This document shows positions 1-10,130 of a DNA stretch of 64,000 bases, piece by piece. Position 1 is the stretch's first letter; the number at the start of each line of letters is the position of its first letter. The stretch is from Bdellovibrionales bacterium (lineage in GTDB: Bacteria; Bdellovibrionota; Bdellovibrionia; Bdellovibrionales; JAGQZY01): NCBI GenBank assembly GCA_964230645.1, contig CAXRHT010000002.1, forward strand, positions 1,056,001 to 1,120,000. Direction: 5' to 3'. A program made the position numbers and the translations under genes. The notes beneath the pieces were generated by a model that saw only the letters and a program-made list of their open reading frames with translations, had not been told where the DNA came from and did not search any database.

Positions 1-582
1 GCTGTCATTGGAGAAAATGGCGCACTGACCTTTCAGTACAAAAACAAAAGTATGGAGAGACTTTACGCCGTTGACGAGAAAGCCCGAGAAGAAAATCAGA
101 AAAAGTTAAAACAAATCGAAAAAGAAATCTTAGAAAAGGTCCCTAGCTGCGCTTTGGCTTCTGATCAGTTCACTCGCCTTTTCGATTTGGCCATTGATTT
201 TTGCGAAGACGTGGCTCCCCTCGAAAAAGAATCGATCCAGAAAATTGTGGATATCTTCCACTCCCACGGAGCGACCGCGAAAGTGAGTTCCATTCACGTG
301 AACGGATGGTTTGGTGAATATGACAAAAGATCAATGTGCGAAAACTTTTTTATCAATGAAACCGGAAAGGCTTTAGATGATCGTATGGAGGAATGCGCTT
401 TTATCGGTGACTCCCCCAATGACGAACCCCTTTTCGAGTTTTTTGAAAACTCTGTGGCGGTTGCGAATATTCTCAATTTTAAAGATCAACTAAAATCCCC
501 TCCGCAATATGTTACTGAAAAAGAAGGGGCTCATGGTTTTGTGGAGTTGGCCAACAAGATATTGACCAACCTTAAAAGTTAA
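1..582 (+). CDS. HAD-IIB (Cof/sucrose-phosphatase-like) hydrolase, 5'-truncated by window edge
   Basis: Frame is open from base 1 (AVIGENGA... HAD-IIB motif); C-terminal motif IV FIGDSPND. Confidence 0.85.
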   Translation, partial: AVIGENGALTFQYKNKSMERLYAVDEKAREENQKKLKQIEKEILEKVPSCALASDQFTRLFDLAIDFCEDVAPLEKESIQKIVDIFHSHGATAKVSSIHVNGWFGEYDKRSMCENFFINETGKALDDRMEECAFIGDSPNDEPLFEFFENSVAVANILNFKDQLKSPPQYVTEKEGAHGFVELANKILTNLKS

Positions 583-592
583 AGACTATATA

Positions 593-2428
593 TTACTGAA
601 CTGGCAAGGCGACCACTTCATCCGCTCTCTGAGGAGCACACTTTAAAACATCCTTAGCCATCGTCATTTGGAAGTTTGCCACAAAGGGAAGCTTATAGAT
701 TCCATCCGTTTCGACTTTTTCCAAAAAGGCTTTTGATTGCGAAGATTCGTCAATGCGAGCACAAGACTCAACCTCATGAACGAGATCCGGACGTGTCTGC
801 TCCCAAGCGCTATCATCGAAAACGATCGTTCTATACATACTCGCCTCACCCACAGCGCCCTCTGGGGTCTCGGGAACATCACCTAAATTGGTGTATTCAA
901 AGTCCGGCAAGATTCCAAAATGTTGCGGAGAGCGACCGCTGTTGAGCGTATAGATAGCTGTGGTTGATTTAAAAACAAGAGGGGCGTCACCAGGAGAACT
1001 CAACTCCGGACTGACTTGATGCTCTCTTAGAGACTGCACACTTCCCTTACCGAAAGTTTTTTGTCCAACAACAAAGCCTCGCTTCATGTCTTGAATGGTT
1101 CCCGCAAAAATCTCCGAAGCACTGGCTGAACCACCATCCACAAGGACAACGATGTTACGATTATAAACCGTCCCTTCCCCGTCTAAGTTTTGAAACACGG
1201 GAGCCTCACTGAAATGAGTGGTGCTAAAAAGCATAGTGAAAGGATTTGGATTTCTTATGACTTCCCCTCTTTCAACGGGAACTTGTTCAATCATTACGCC
1301 GGTGTCGACAATGAGGGAATCGAGCATACAACTGACAATATCAAGTCGTCCGCCCGTATTGCCTCGTAAATCAATGATCATTCCGAGACTGGAGGGATTG
1401 GAAAGGTCTCTTTGTTGAAGATCCTTAAACTCCCCACACATATCCTGACCACGTCTGGGCAAAAAGGAAGTTAAAGGAACATAAAGAGCTTGTGGTTCAT
1501 TAGCACTCGGAGCGCCACCACTATTATTTGAACAAATGAGTTCTTTTCGATCCGACTTGCTCAGACTTACAAAACGACTCTCCTCTGTCCAATTCGGAAT
1601 ATACTGGATGCGACCACGGGTCACTGGAACTTCTTTAATTTCTCCGGTACAAAGACTGCGTACCTCAAGATTCACGGTCGTCCCTTCAAGTCCCTTGATA
1701 CGAGCCACAGCTTCATCCACAGTTTCGTCTTTCACTGATACGCCATCAACTTTTAATATAAGATCCCCCTCTTTCAGGCCCGCTTGATCAGCAGGAGAAC
1801 TCTCCATAGGTTTAATCGCAAGACTATCCTTCCAAGGCGAATCTTCCACTTCAACTTTGCCAATAAAAGCTCCTATCCCAAAGTAATTAGAAGCTTTAGG
1901 AGTGAGCATCTCGTCGGGAACAAGACTGGAATGGGGGTCTTGGGTTTCATGAAGGAAACTATTAAACGCAGAACCAGAAACATAAGCCTGTTTAAGAACC
2001 GGGATATGCTCCATTGCGAGTCTTTGAGTCTGTCGACGTAAACTTAAAAAACTTTCGGACAAACCAAGTTCATAGGCTCTTTGAAACTTTTGTCTTCGCG
2101 CATCGGCATAGTCTTTTAATGCTTCCCGATCGTCTTCGCTTGGAAGAGTCCCTTCGGAAACAGCCAAGATGGTCAAAGTGTTCTCATCGGTCAGTTCAAT
2201 GACTAAATTCTGATCTTCTATGTGGGCCAATATTTGTGAAAGGGCCATCAAGCAACCAGAAAATTGCAGAGCCTCACTCATACAGTTGTTTGGCTGCAAC
2301 TCTGGCTCCGACCATAGCTCTGAGAGGCCATAGCCTGTATCAGCCCAATAGCCCAAAACTTCTTCCGTCTGAGCCCAAGCAGATAATGAAAATAGTACAA
2401 CGATAAGATTGGCCAAAATGGCTTTCAT
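593..2428 (-). CDS. S41 family carboxy-terminal processing protease with PDZ domain, secreted
   Basis: PDZ (YFGIGA, SPADQAGLKEGDLI), IIDLRGNTGG, catalytic SASASEI and GKGSVQ; start moved to ATG 2428 (GGAGG RBS, signal peptide MKAILANLIVVLFSLSAWA). Confidence 0.9.
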   Translation of the reverse strand: MKAILANLIVVLFSLSAWAQTEEVLGYWADTGYGLSELWSEPELQPNNCMSEALQFSGCLMALSQILAHIEDQNLVIELTDENTLTILAVSEGTLPSEDDREALKDYADARRQKFQRAYELGLSESFLSLRRQTQRLAMEHIPVLKQAYVSGSAFNSFLHETQDPHSSLVPDEMLTPKASNYFGIGAFIGKVEVEDSPWKDSLAIKPMESSPADQAGLKEGDLILKVDGVSVKDETVDEAVARIKGLEGTTVNLEVRSLCTGEIKEVPVTRGRIQYIPNWTEESRFVSLSKSDRKELICSNNSGGAPSANEPQALYVPLTSFLPRRGQDMCGEFKDLQQRDLSNPSSLGMIIDLRGNTGGRLDIVSCMLDSLIVDTGVMIEQVPVERGEVIRNPNPFTMLFSTTHFSEAPVFQNLDGEGTVYNRNIVVLVDGGSASASEIFAGTIQDMKRGFVVGQKTFGKGSVQSLREHQVSPELSSPGDAPLVFKSTTAIYTLNSGRSPQHFGILPDFEYTNLGDVPETPEGAVGEASMYRTIVFDDSAWEQTRPDLVHEVESCARIDESSQSKAFLEKVETDGIYKLPFVANFQMTMAKDVLKCAPQRADEVVALPVQ

Positions 2429-2722
2429 AAGATCCCTCCGAAAATATCCCCGTCGACGTGATCGACTTTTATTAGACCTACTAATTACCATTGATAAGAA
2501 TTAATGATTGAACTGGTTGAAAACTCTACATAAAGAAGTAATTTTTACGGCACCAAGATACGCCGTCAAATCAAAACAAGAGACAACTCGCCCCCTTCAT
2601 AAGTGAATCTATTCCAACCCATAAAAATAAATCGTGAAAAGAAGAATATAAAAAACACAAAGAGGATTCATTATAGAACAATAATCAATTCCACAGGAGC
2701 ATGACGAAGACCTTAAAAGGAG

Positions 2723-2898
2723 CTTTTCAGAGCGCGACTCATTTAAGAAAATGGGAGCTTTTGGTAGTGGCTCAAGCAACGAGCGCTGCGTATCTTGGGC
2801 TGCGACATGAAATGGCGCAGTCCGGGAGACGAAGTGCACCCGGGTGCGTGCCGCGACCAAAAGCTCCCATTTTCATAAATGAGTCGCGCTCTGGAAAG
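2723..2898. mobile_element. MITE-like element: 43-bp inverted repeats around a structured core
   Basis: 2723-2765 is the reverse complement of 2856-2898 with 2 mismatches; no transposase. Confidence 0.65.
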
Positions 2899-2920
2899 TG
2901 ACCCGCCCCGATCTGGCTCC

Positions 2921-5287
2921 CTAGTCCTTCTTCAACGACTCAAGAGCTGCAAATGGATTATTAAAAGGTTGTGCTGGCTTACGGTGCTTCGGACGTGGTC
3001 CACCTTTGCCACCTTTCTTGCCCCCACGCTGAGGTCCCTTGCCTTTTTTCTTCCCATCCTTAGATTTTAAAGAAACACGCTTGTTGTTCTTACCCGCTCC
3101 CGGCTTATTGGCTTTATCACCAAACTTCATCGTTAATGAAATCTGACTTTTCTCGACGTCCACCGACTTGATTTGTACTTGAACCTGATCGCCAGGACTT
3201 AGCATTTTCTGAGGATCGTTAACGAATTGGTTAGCGATTTCTGAAATATGCACAAGGCCATCTTGATGGACACCGATATCAACGAAGGCTCCGAAGTTTG
3301 TAACGTTTGAAACTATGCCATTACAAACCATACCCTCTTTAAGATCGCTCACTTCAAAGATATCCTCGCGGAATTTAAAAACCTTAAAAGGATCACGAGG
3401 GTCACGATTGGGTTTCTTAAGTTCAGTGATGATGTCTCCAAAAGTATACTCACCAATCAGACCTTCCCACTTTTCTTTAAGCTCAAGCATCTTGGTGGCA
3501 TTTTTACCGAGTAGATTGGAAACACTCTCGCCCAATTCTTTGGCCATATCTTTAACTGCCGAGTAGCGCTCGGGGTGAACTCCCGTTGCATCAAGGGGAA
3601 CCTCTCCACCGATCACTCGTAGGAATCCCACCGCCTGCTCATAAGACTTCGAATTAAAGTTGGGAACGTCAGCCAGTTGATCTCGACGTTTAAAAAGACC
3701 TTTTTCCTGGCGAAACTTTACGATGTTACTAGCAATTCCCGGACCAATACCGGCCACGTGTTGTAACAAGTGAGCCGAAGCTGTGTTCACATCAACGCCA
3801 ACATAGTTCACACAGTCCTCAACCACAGAACCCAAACGTTTTTTTAGAGTCGATTGAGAGACATCATGTTGATACTGCCCAACTCCAATACTTTTTGGTT
3901 CAATCTTAACAAGCTCGGCTAGCGGGTCTTGCAATCTTCTGGCGATGGATATAGCGCCTCGAACAGTGATATCCAAATCTGGAAACTCTTCTCTGGCCAC
4001 ATCCGAAGCCGAATAAACACTGGCCCCAGACTCGTTGATAAGGACAACCGGGGTTTCCTTACCGAGTTCTTTTAAAATCTTACGTATAAAAATCTCTGCC
4101 TCGCGACCACCGGTTCCATTCCCAACAGCTACGGCATCAATTTCAATTTGTTTTAAAACCTCAGAAAAAAGTTTTTTCGCATTCTCCTCAGCCTTGTCTC
4201 CCTGAATTTTTAAAACTGTGTGGGAAATGAATTGCCCCTTCTTATCGACCAAGGCAACCTTACATCCCGTTCGAAGACCGGGATCCACCCCGAGTACACA
4301 TCTGGAACCAAAAGGGCTGGCTAGTAAAAGTTTTTTAACATTCTCGGCAAAGACTTCGATAGCAAAAAGGTCGGCGGAATCTTTTAATTTCTTGTGAACT
4401 TCATTAACAACAGAGGGTACGACATGAACCGTAAGGGCCGTTTTTGCGCATAGAAAAAGAAAATTCTTAGCTGCGGAGTCCTTATCAGTGCAGGCCCAGT
4501 TTTCAAAGGTCGCAAGAAGAGTCTCGTCCTCAGGACTTGAAATCGTTACGGTTAACTCCCCCTCTTTCCAACCCCGTCTCATGGCTAAATAACGGTGGGA
4601 ATTTTTCTTTTCAAGTAAGGAGGTTACTTTTTCTGAGTGCTCAAAATAAGTTTCGTATTTAGACTTAGGCTTTACTTTTTTACCAGGCTTTGACTCAACA
4701 ATACCCTTTTCAAAATAACTGGTGCGAACCGGATCACGAAGATCCGGATTATTAGCAAGCTTTTCAACAATGATGTGTTGAGCCCCTCGCATCACCTCTT
4801 CATAAGTAGCAAACTTCTTTGAAGGGTTAATGAATTCCTTGGCCTTCACTTCAAGAGTTTGCTCGGCCTTTGTGTCTCCGTGTCCCACATCCCAAATCCA
4901 TTGAGCAAATGGCCCAATTCCTGCTTCTCTTGCCAAGGTGGCTTTGGTTTTCTTTTTCTTCTTGTAAGGACGATAGAGCTCTTCGATCTCGGTCAACTCC
5001 CAAGAGGCCAGAATTCTCTTTTTTAACTCATCGGTTAAATTGCCCTGCTCTTGAATTTCTTTGAGGATAAAATCTTTGCGCTTGAGGATTTCATGGTATT
5101 CCTGATCGGCATCTATGATCTCACGAATTTGGACTTCGTCCAGATTTCCGGTGCGCTCCTTTCGATAGCGCGCGATAAAGGGAACTGTGGCTCCTTCTTT
5201 GGTCATTTCTATGACGGCTTGTGCTGACTTCCATTGAATTTTGGGAAGCTTGCCCTTCACAAAACTTTCTAAACTTTTTTGTTCCAT
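2921..5287 (-). CDS. tex: Tex family RNA-binding transcriptional accessory protein
   Basis: GATVPFIARYRKE, GVDPGLRTGCK, SIARRLQDPLAELVKI, HhH and C-terminal S1 domain (FGAFVDIGVHQDGLVHIS); likely start ATG 5287. Confidence 0.95.
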   Translation of the reverse strand: MEQKSLESFVKGKLPKIQWKSAQAVIEMTKEGATVPFIARYRKERTGNLDEVQIREIIDADQEYHEILKRKDFILKEIQEQGNLTDELKKRILASWELTEIEELYRPYKKKKKTKATLAREAGIGPFAQWIWDVGHGDTKAEQTLEVKAKEFINPSKKFATYEEVMRGAQHIIVEKLANNPDLRDPVRTSYFEKGIVESKPGKKVKPKSKYETYFEHSEKVTSLLEKKNSHRYLAMRRGWKEGELTVTISSPEDETLLATFENWACTDKDSAAKNFLFLCAKTALTVHVVPSVVNEVHKKLKDSADLFAIEVFAENVKKLLLASPFGSRCVLGVDPGLRTGCKVALVDKKGQFISHTVLKIQGDKAEENAKKLFSEVLKQIEIDAVAVGNGTGGREAEIFIRKILKELGKETPVVLINESGASVYSASDVAREEFPDLDITVRGAISIARRLQDPLAELVKIEPKSIGVGQYQHDVSQSTLKKRLGSVVEDCVNYVGVDVNTASAHLLQHVAGIGPGIASNIVKFRQEKGLFKRRDQLADVPNFNSKSYEQAVGFLRVIGGEVPLDATGVHPERYSAVKDMAKELGESVSNLLGKNATKMLELKEKWEGLIGEYTFGDIITELKKPNRDPRDPFKVFKFREDIFEVSDLKEGMVCNGIVSNVTNFGAFVDIGVHQDGLVHISEIANQFVNDPQKMLSPGDQVQVQIKSVDVEKSQISLTMKFGDKANKPGAGKNNKRVSLKSKDGKKKGKGPQRGGKKGGKGGPRPKHRKPAQPFNNPFAALESLKKD

Positions 5288-5529
5288 AAATTCTTGATCA
5301 CCTGTTTTTGGTTTAAGACTACTGTCTACGAAATTTCGTCCATAAATTCCAGTTTTTATCGTTTTTTCAGGGATTTCCCAACGACTCCCTAACGAATTAC
5401 GCACTGTGCAGAACCCCTAACTCCCCTCTGTTGGCTGAGGGCCAAGGTGGCTTCTTGGTACGCAATTAGGACTTTGCCTCCCAGAGATTTTCGTTGTGCT
5501 TAGCTAAGACCTCTTTTAGAAAATAAACT

Positions 5530-6603
5530 ATGCAATTCATTAAAGCGACCCCGATTTCTAAACTCATTTCTTTTTGTGGCCCTCTTATTCCCGAGTCGAG
5601 CGGAGACAGTGAGCTCAAAGTGCATCAATTTTCCACAGTCGAAGGAGCCACTGAGAACTCACTCGTCTTTATCAACAATAAAAAGCTCCTGGAGACCGTC
5701 CGCAAAAGCCCCGCTTGCTGCGTGCTTGCGCCTTTAAGTTTGAAAGACAAAGTCGAGGCGAGTGACTCCAAGGTGTGGCTCTTTTCTCCCAATGTGGATC
5801 GAGCGGCCCAAATGATTAAAAAAGAATTTGTTTTTCCCACTCCATTTAGAGCAGATTTCACTGGCATCCACTCCACCGCGGCCATTGATGAGTCAGCACG
5901 GATTGCTTCCGATGTTTCCATCGGGCCCTTTGCCGTGATTGGTAAGAATGTTGAGATCGGTGAGAAGAGTTTTATCGGCTCTCATTGTGTGGTGGAAAAC
6001 AACGCAAAGATTGGCAAAGATACGACCCTTCATCCTCATGTCTATATTGGACACTCTTGTGAAATCGGTGCTTACTGCGAAATCATGCCTCAGGCCGTGA
6101 TTGGTTCTGAGGGTTTTGGCTATGCCCACGACGAGAAAGGCAACCACTACAGAATTCCTCACACAGGCAAGGTCGTATTGGAAGACGATGTACACATAGG
6201 TGCGGGTACGGCTATTGACCGAGGAACGATCGAAGATTCCGTCATTGGGCGTGGCACTAAAATAGATAACCAGGTTCATCTTGCTCATAATACAGTCGTC
6301 GGTAAAAACGGCTTAATCACAGCCCAATGTGTGACCGCCGGCTCAAGCCAAATCGGAGATAATTTTATCTGTGGTGGAAAAACAGCCATCACTGGACACA
6401 TCAAGGTCACAGACAACGTCAATGTCGCTGGGTTTTCTGCCATATCAAACAATGTTAAAGAGCCGGGACAATATGGGGGCTACCCGCTGGTTCCTCTCAA
6501 ACAGCATTTGAAAGTAAAGGCCTCCTCTGTTCATCTTCCTGAACTTCGCAAACAAATGAATCGCGTTTTAAGGAAGCTTTTCCCCGAAGATTATCGTTCG
6601 TAA
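5530..6603 (+). CDS. lpxD: UDP-3-O-(3-hydroxyacyl)glucosamine N-acyltransferase
   Basis: Hexapeptide repeats, [34 protein letters not shown]. Confidence 0.95.
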   Translation: MQFIKATPISKLISFCGPLIPESSGDSELKVHQFSTVEGATENSLVFINNKKLLETVRKSPACCVLAPLSLKDKVEASDSKVWLFSPNVDRAAQMIKKEFVFPTPFRADFTGIHSTAAIDESARIASDVSIGPFAVIGKNVEIGEKSFIGSHCVVENNAKIGKDTTLHPHVYIGHSCEIGAYCEIMPQAVIGSEGFGYAHDEKGNHYRIPHTGKVVLEDDVHIGAGTAIDRGTIEDSVIGRGTKIDNQVHLAHNTVVGKNGLITAQCVTAGSSQIGDNFICGGKTAITGHIKVTDNVNVAGFSAISNNVKEPGQYGGYPLVPLKQHLKVKASSVHLPELRKQMNRVLRKLFPEDYRS

Positions 6604-6823
6604 CTTTTCTCAATTTAAACAGTCGAGTTTAAATTAAAGAATCTGAGCTAGCCTTACGTCGAATTTGCTATCAAAAACCTCAATTTAGCCTTGAGAAGCT
6701 TGAAATACTTTTTAAGAACTTGGTTTTTTAAAAAATTTCACATTTACATCATTTAAGCATGACCTTTTAAAAAACCTTCCATGGGATTCTAGAGATGTTG
6801 AAACATACAAAAAAGGAGAAATA

Positions 6824-7339
6824 ATGTATTTCAAAAGATTAGCAATTGTTTTAGTAACATGTGGACTTGGAACCATGGCGGGTGCAGGTCACCATTCTGG
6901 TGAACACACACGCAAAGGAGTGAACTCTTACAAGCATTCTGACATGAGAATGAACTCTAAGAACCAAATCTTGAAAGTGCAAAAAGCTTTAAATGACAGA
7001 GGCTATAACCTCGACGAAGACGGAGTGATGGGAACAGAAACCAGCAACGCTCTTCATGAATATCAGTTGGCGAACGGATTAGAGCCGACTCACCGTCTTG
7101 ATCGTCCAACCTTAGCGTCTTTAGGAGTTATTAATACCAACCGAACTTGGGATTCTTCATCGACAAGAAGACCAGCGAGTGTTGACTCTGAGAACGATTC
7201 CATTTTTAGCGACGAAGAGCTCGGAATGAAAAAAAAACAGAGCATGTACCGTGAAGGATCGTTTGACGTGATCACTGCGGGATTCGGAATTCCTGAGTCG
7301 TCTCTAGAAAAAGACCTTCATAAAAAGAAGACTTATTAA
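6824..7339 (+). CDS. Secreted peptidoglycan-binding domain protein
   Basis: Signal peptide; PG_binding_1-like VQKALNDRGY..DGVMGTETSNALHEYQLANGLEPT; AAGGAG RBS. Confidence 0.8.
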   Translation: MYFKRLAIVLVTCGLGTMAGAGHHSGEHTRKGVNSYKHSDMRMNSKNQILKVQKALNDRGYNLDEDGVMGTETSNALHEYQLANGLEPTHRLDRPTLASLGVINTNRTWDSSSTRRPASVDSENDSIFSDEELGMKKKQSMYREGSFDVITAGFGIPESSLEKDLHKKKTY

Positions 7340-7428
7340 AAAGTAAGCCACTGAGAACCATAAGACTGAAAGCTTTTGAGGAAAAGAGTCCTATAACTTT
7401 CAGAACAAACGAACCCTTCTCAGTTCTT

Positions 7429-7458
7429 TAAGCCTTCTCACTTTCGTGAGAGGGCTTA
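7429..7458. terminator. Bidirectional intrinsic terminator hairpin between convergent genes
   Basis: taagccttctcac-tttc-gtgagagggctta. Confidence 0.7.
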
Positions 7459-8967
7459 TTCATTTTCGCGACAAATCACTGACTTCAAATACTGCACATT
7501 TTGCCCAGACTGATGCTTACTATTTCGATAGCCAAAACTCACTGACAAATCGCCAATAGGACAATCCGAATAGTAACCTCGATAATACATTCCATTGGTT
7601 GCAATATTACATAGAACAAAGACATAGAGATCATCATTGCCAGACCCGGCTGTGTACTCACCCATTTGCCAACTGACAACATCGGCGCGCTTTTTCCAGC
7701 GACAGTACTCTCTAGCCGTCTCTTTAGGCGACATCCCTCTTGCTTTTGGATGATTCAAGCCTAGTCGGTAAGTTCTATTACGGTAGCCCCAATTGTATCC
7801 CCGATCACCATCATTATCGATTCGATAGCGTTCACGATAGGTGAGCTTAATATCGTTATAAGGATAGGCTTTAAAACAGCGGTGATAGAAGGGATCAAAA
7901 ACCTCGTCACCTCCACAGTCTTCAGGCTGTTCGGTGCCACCACCGCCTCCGCCTCCGCCACCGCCGGTACAGCCTGGCTCTCCAGTGATACAGCCGCCTC
8001 CGCCGCCACCACCGCCGGTGCCTCCATCATCATCATCTCCTGAATTTGGATCAGGATCGCAACTTCCGTTATTAAAAATTTCGTTAGGCTTACACTCATT
8101 GATTGTGCAGTCTCTTAGACGGCAAGATTTAACATGCACAGAGGAGACATCAGGTGTCCCTTGCACCAGCTGCGCAGGGCAAGGCTTGCCACCATTCCTG
8201 GGCTCAGGACTGTTACACAAACGATTTCGTATCTGAACACCATCTCCACACATTTTCGAACAATGAGTTCCATTGGCAAAAGTTAACCATTCGTTACTAT
8301 CATCATGCATAGGGTCCGCCCAATCGACAGACCATTTACCATTGATGGGATCAAGACCCGACTGAAGAAAAGGAACCACGTTTCGACCAAAAACAATTCT
8401 GTTCAACCCTAACTCAATTCCAAAACCTTGATTGTTCTTAGTGACCTTGAAATCATAATTTTGCTCGGGATCTAAGGGTTCCATAACTCGTAAATCAAAT
8501 CGAACCGCTCCTGGATTATTAACCAAATCTATTCCAACGATTCTTGATAGGTTCTCAGAAACAAAGACCAATTCCTTTTCTTTATTTAAATCATCCTGAT
8601 CCAAATCAATAAGAAGCATTTTCACATTGGGGTGAGGTCTCAAAGCATCAGCAAGGATATTAAATTGTTCAGTGAAAGGTCCGGAACTAACCACCCTTAT
8701 AACAGGATTGGTGCCATCAAAACTTTTTGACACAAAAATAGCATCGTCGTAACTGTCAGTATCATAATCACCAAAAGTGACCTTAGAATGTAATTGATCT
8801 GATGATGGAAGTGTTGTGGTGTCATTAGGCCAGGGATAATCTGTTTTTTGCTCCGAGGAAATTAAATAACCTTCTTGCAGGGGCGTTTGAAAAACTCCGC
8901 AGTTATTAAAACTAAAACCCACAATGAGGCCTAAAAGAATCCAAATGGAAACGACTTTCGATCGGAT
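7456..8967 (-). CDS. Putative surface lipoprotein with FG-GAP-like motifs, thrombospondin type-1 repeat and Gly-rich linkers
   Basis: PINGKWS...CSKMCGDGVQIRNRLCNSPEPRNGGKPC (TSP1); GDYDTDSYDD; poly-G linkers; signal IRSKVVSIWILLGLIVGFSFNNC extends upstream of the ORF-track start (8922). Confidence 0.75.
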   Translation of the reverse strand: MRSKVVSIWILLGLIVGFSFNNCGVFQTPLQEGYLISSEQKTDYPWPNDTTTLPSSDQLHSKVTFGDYDTDSYDDAIFVSKSFDGTNPVIRVVSSGPFTEQFNILADALRPHPNVKMLLIDLDQDDLNKEKELVFVSENLSRIVGIDLVNNPGAVRFDLRVMEPLDPEQNYDFKVTKNNQGFGIELGLNRIVFGRNVVPFLQSGLDPINGKWSVDWADPMHDDSNEWLTFANGTHCSKMCGDGVQIRNRLCNSPEPRNGGKPCPAQLVQGTPDVSSVHVKSCRLRDCTINECKPNEIFNNGSCDPDPNSGDDDDGGTGGGGGGGGCITGEPGCTGGGGGGGGGGTEQPEDCGGDEVFDPFYHRCFKAYPYNDIKLTYRERYRIDNDGDRGYNWGYRNRTYRLGLNHPKARGMSPKETAREYCRWKKRADVVSWQMGEYTAGSGNDDLYVFVLCNIATNGMYYRGYYSDCPIGDLSVSFGYRNSKHQSGQNVQYLKSVICRENE

Positions 8968-9061
8968 AATATCCCCCCGGTTATCCCTGAACCTATATTA
9001 TATAATCGGTTTTTTTTGATATGAAGTAAATCGGCCTAAAATCTCAAATAGAGACACTCTG

Positions 9062-9715
9062 TTATAGACTTGAGGGGCTGAGAACCTCAATCTTGTCAGA
9101 ATGCCTCTGAATAAGGCCTTTTTGAAGAGATAAAAACTGTTTCCTATCTTTAGAAATAAAACGCTCAAAAGAGTGATTCACTTCAAAATAAAAATCATAG
9201 ACCCATAGAGCTAGGATCTGCAAAACCGGCTTTTTATTGGCCGTAAGGTTAAAAGAATCCACAGAGCTCAGGCTTTCTGGGGTAAAAGTATTTTTGAGAT
9301 GGGCATCAGGGAAGACAATATAGAGCTTCTTGACTCGTTCTGAGTACTTCGATCCACGCGAGAGAAACGCGAGGCAGTCATAAGCGGCTTTCTCAACACA
9401 AAAGAGTTCAAACTTCTCAGTACCTTGATTAAAATGATGAATAATATCACTTGTGCTCTCTTCAGGCTTTCTTAGTGGCTCAGTACTTAACACATTATCT
9501 GCAAAAACTTTATTTAACCTAGAAGCAGTCTTAACTTGAAAGTTTTCAGGCATCACTAACAAGGCCTGGTTTCGCCTATTTGAAAACGAAAAATCTGATA
9601 AATCCCAACGGATTTCACTGCTTTGATTACAAAGATCTATGAATTCAACACCTACACACAGAAGTGTGACTAAAATAAGATAAATAAAAAAATAGCGACC
9701 CATACCCACCCTCAC
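9062..9715 (-). CDS. Hypothetical membrane-anchored protein (possibly degenerate AcvB/VirJ-like alpha/beta fold)
   Basis: N-terminal TM helix; weak pattern resemblance only. Confidence 0.5.
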   Translation of the reverse strand: MRVGMGRYFFIYLILVTLLCVGVEFIDLCNQSSEIRWDLSDFSFSNRRNQALLVMPENFQVKTASRLNKVFADNVLSTEPLRKPEESTSDIIHHFNQGTEKFELFCVEKAAYDCLAFLSRGSKYSERVKKLYIVFPDAHLKNTFTPESLSSVDSFNLTANKKPVLQILALWVYDFYFEVNHSFERFISKDRKQFLSLQKGLIQRHSDKIEVLSPSSL

Positions 9716-9858
9716 GTTAGTGGAGAACAGTGGTCTTGGGAAAGAAAAGCTTTGTAACCTGAAGAAATTATAGAACTGTCAAAAAATTAGCGTTTAAGCT
9801 CGATCTTTATGCCTCAATTTATAAGAATTGTCGCAAGGGCCCTCGATCGAGGTGCGAA

Positions 9859-9970
9859 AGGTCCTTCGGCTTCGCCTCAGGACGACATTATGCCAGTGAA
9901 TCTCAGGACGACAATATGCCAGTGAAGTTTAGGACGACACTGTGCCAGTGAGGCTCAGGAAGACAATGGT
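9859..9970. repeat. REP-like half element followed by ~3.5 tandem 26-bp repeats
   Basis: aggtccttcggcttcgcctcaggacgaca, then units at 9876, 9902, 9928, 9954 (ctcaggacgacaNtatgccagtgaaN). Confidence 0.85.
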
Positions 9971-10051
9971 TTGTTAGTCTTGAGTGGCCTTAGGCTTTGG
10001 ATCTCATTGATGGAGCTAATAGAAGACGTAACTTTGGAATGGAATTGGTAA

Positions 10052-10130
10052 TAAAAAAAGCCACTCCACCTTTTGGTAAATTCATTAGGAAAGGAGTTAA
10101 TATGAATTCACTCAAAAGACGAAATGGCCC
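10052..10130 (-). ncRNA. Candidate sRNA / structured 3' end: long G-U-rich hairpin with CU-rich loop and U-tail
   Basis: Minus-strand GGCCAUUUCGUCUUUUG pairs with CAAAAGGUGGAGUGGCU and GUGAAUUCAU pairs with AUGAAUUUAC; loop contains ACUCCUUUCCU; followed by a U-tract. Confidence 0.5.

Noticed and set aside
2609..2901. Two short opposing ORFs
   Set aside because: Both run through the inverted repeat; there is no transposase motif
7934..8236. Poly-proline ORF
   Set aside because: Antisense shadow of the poly-Gly linkers of the TSP1 protein
9876..9970. Possible CRISPR array
   Set aside because: Units are contiguous 26-bp tandem copies with near-identical filler rather than unique spacers; no cas genes
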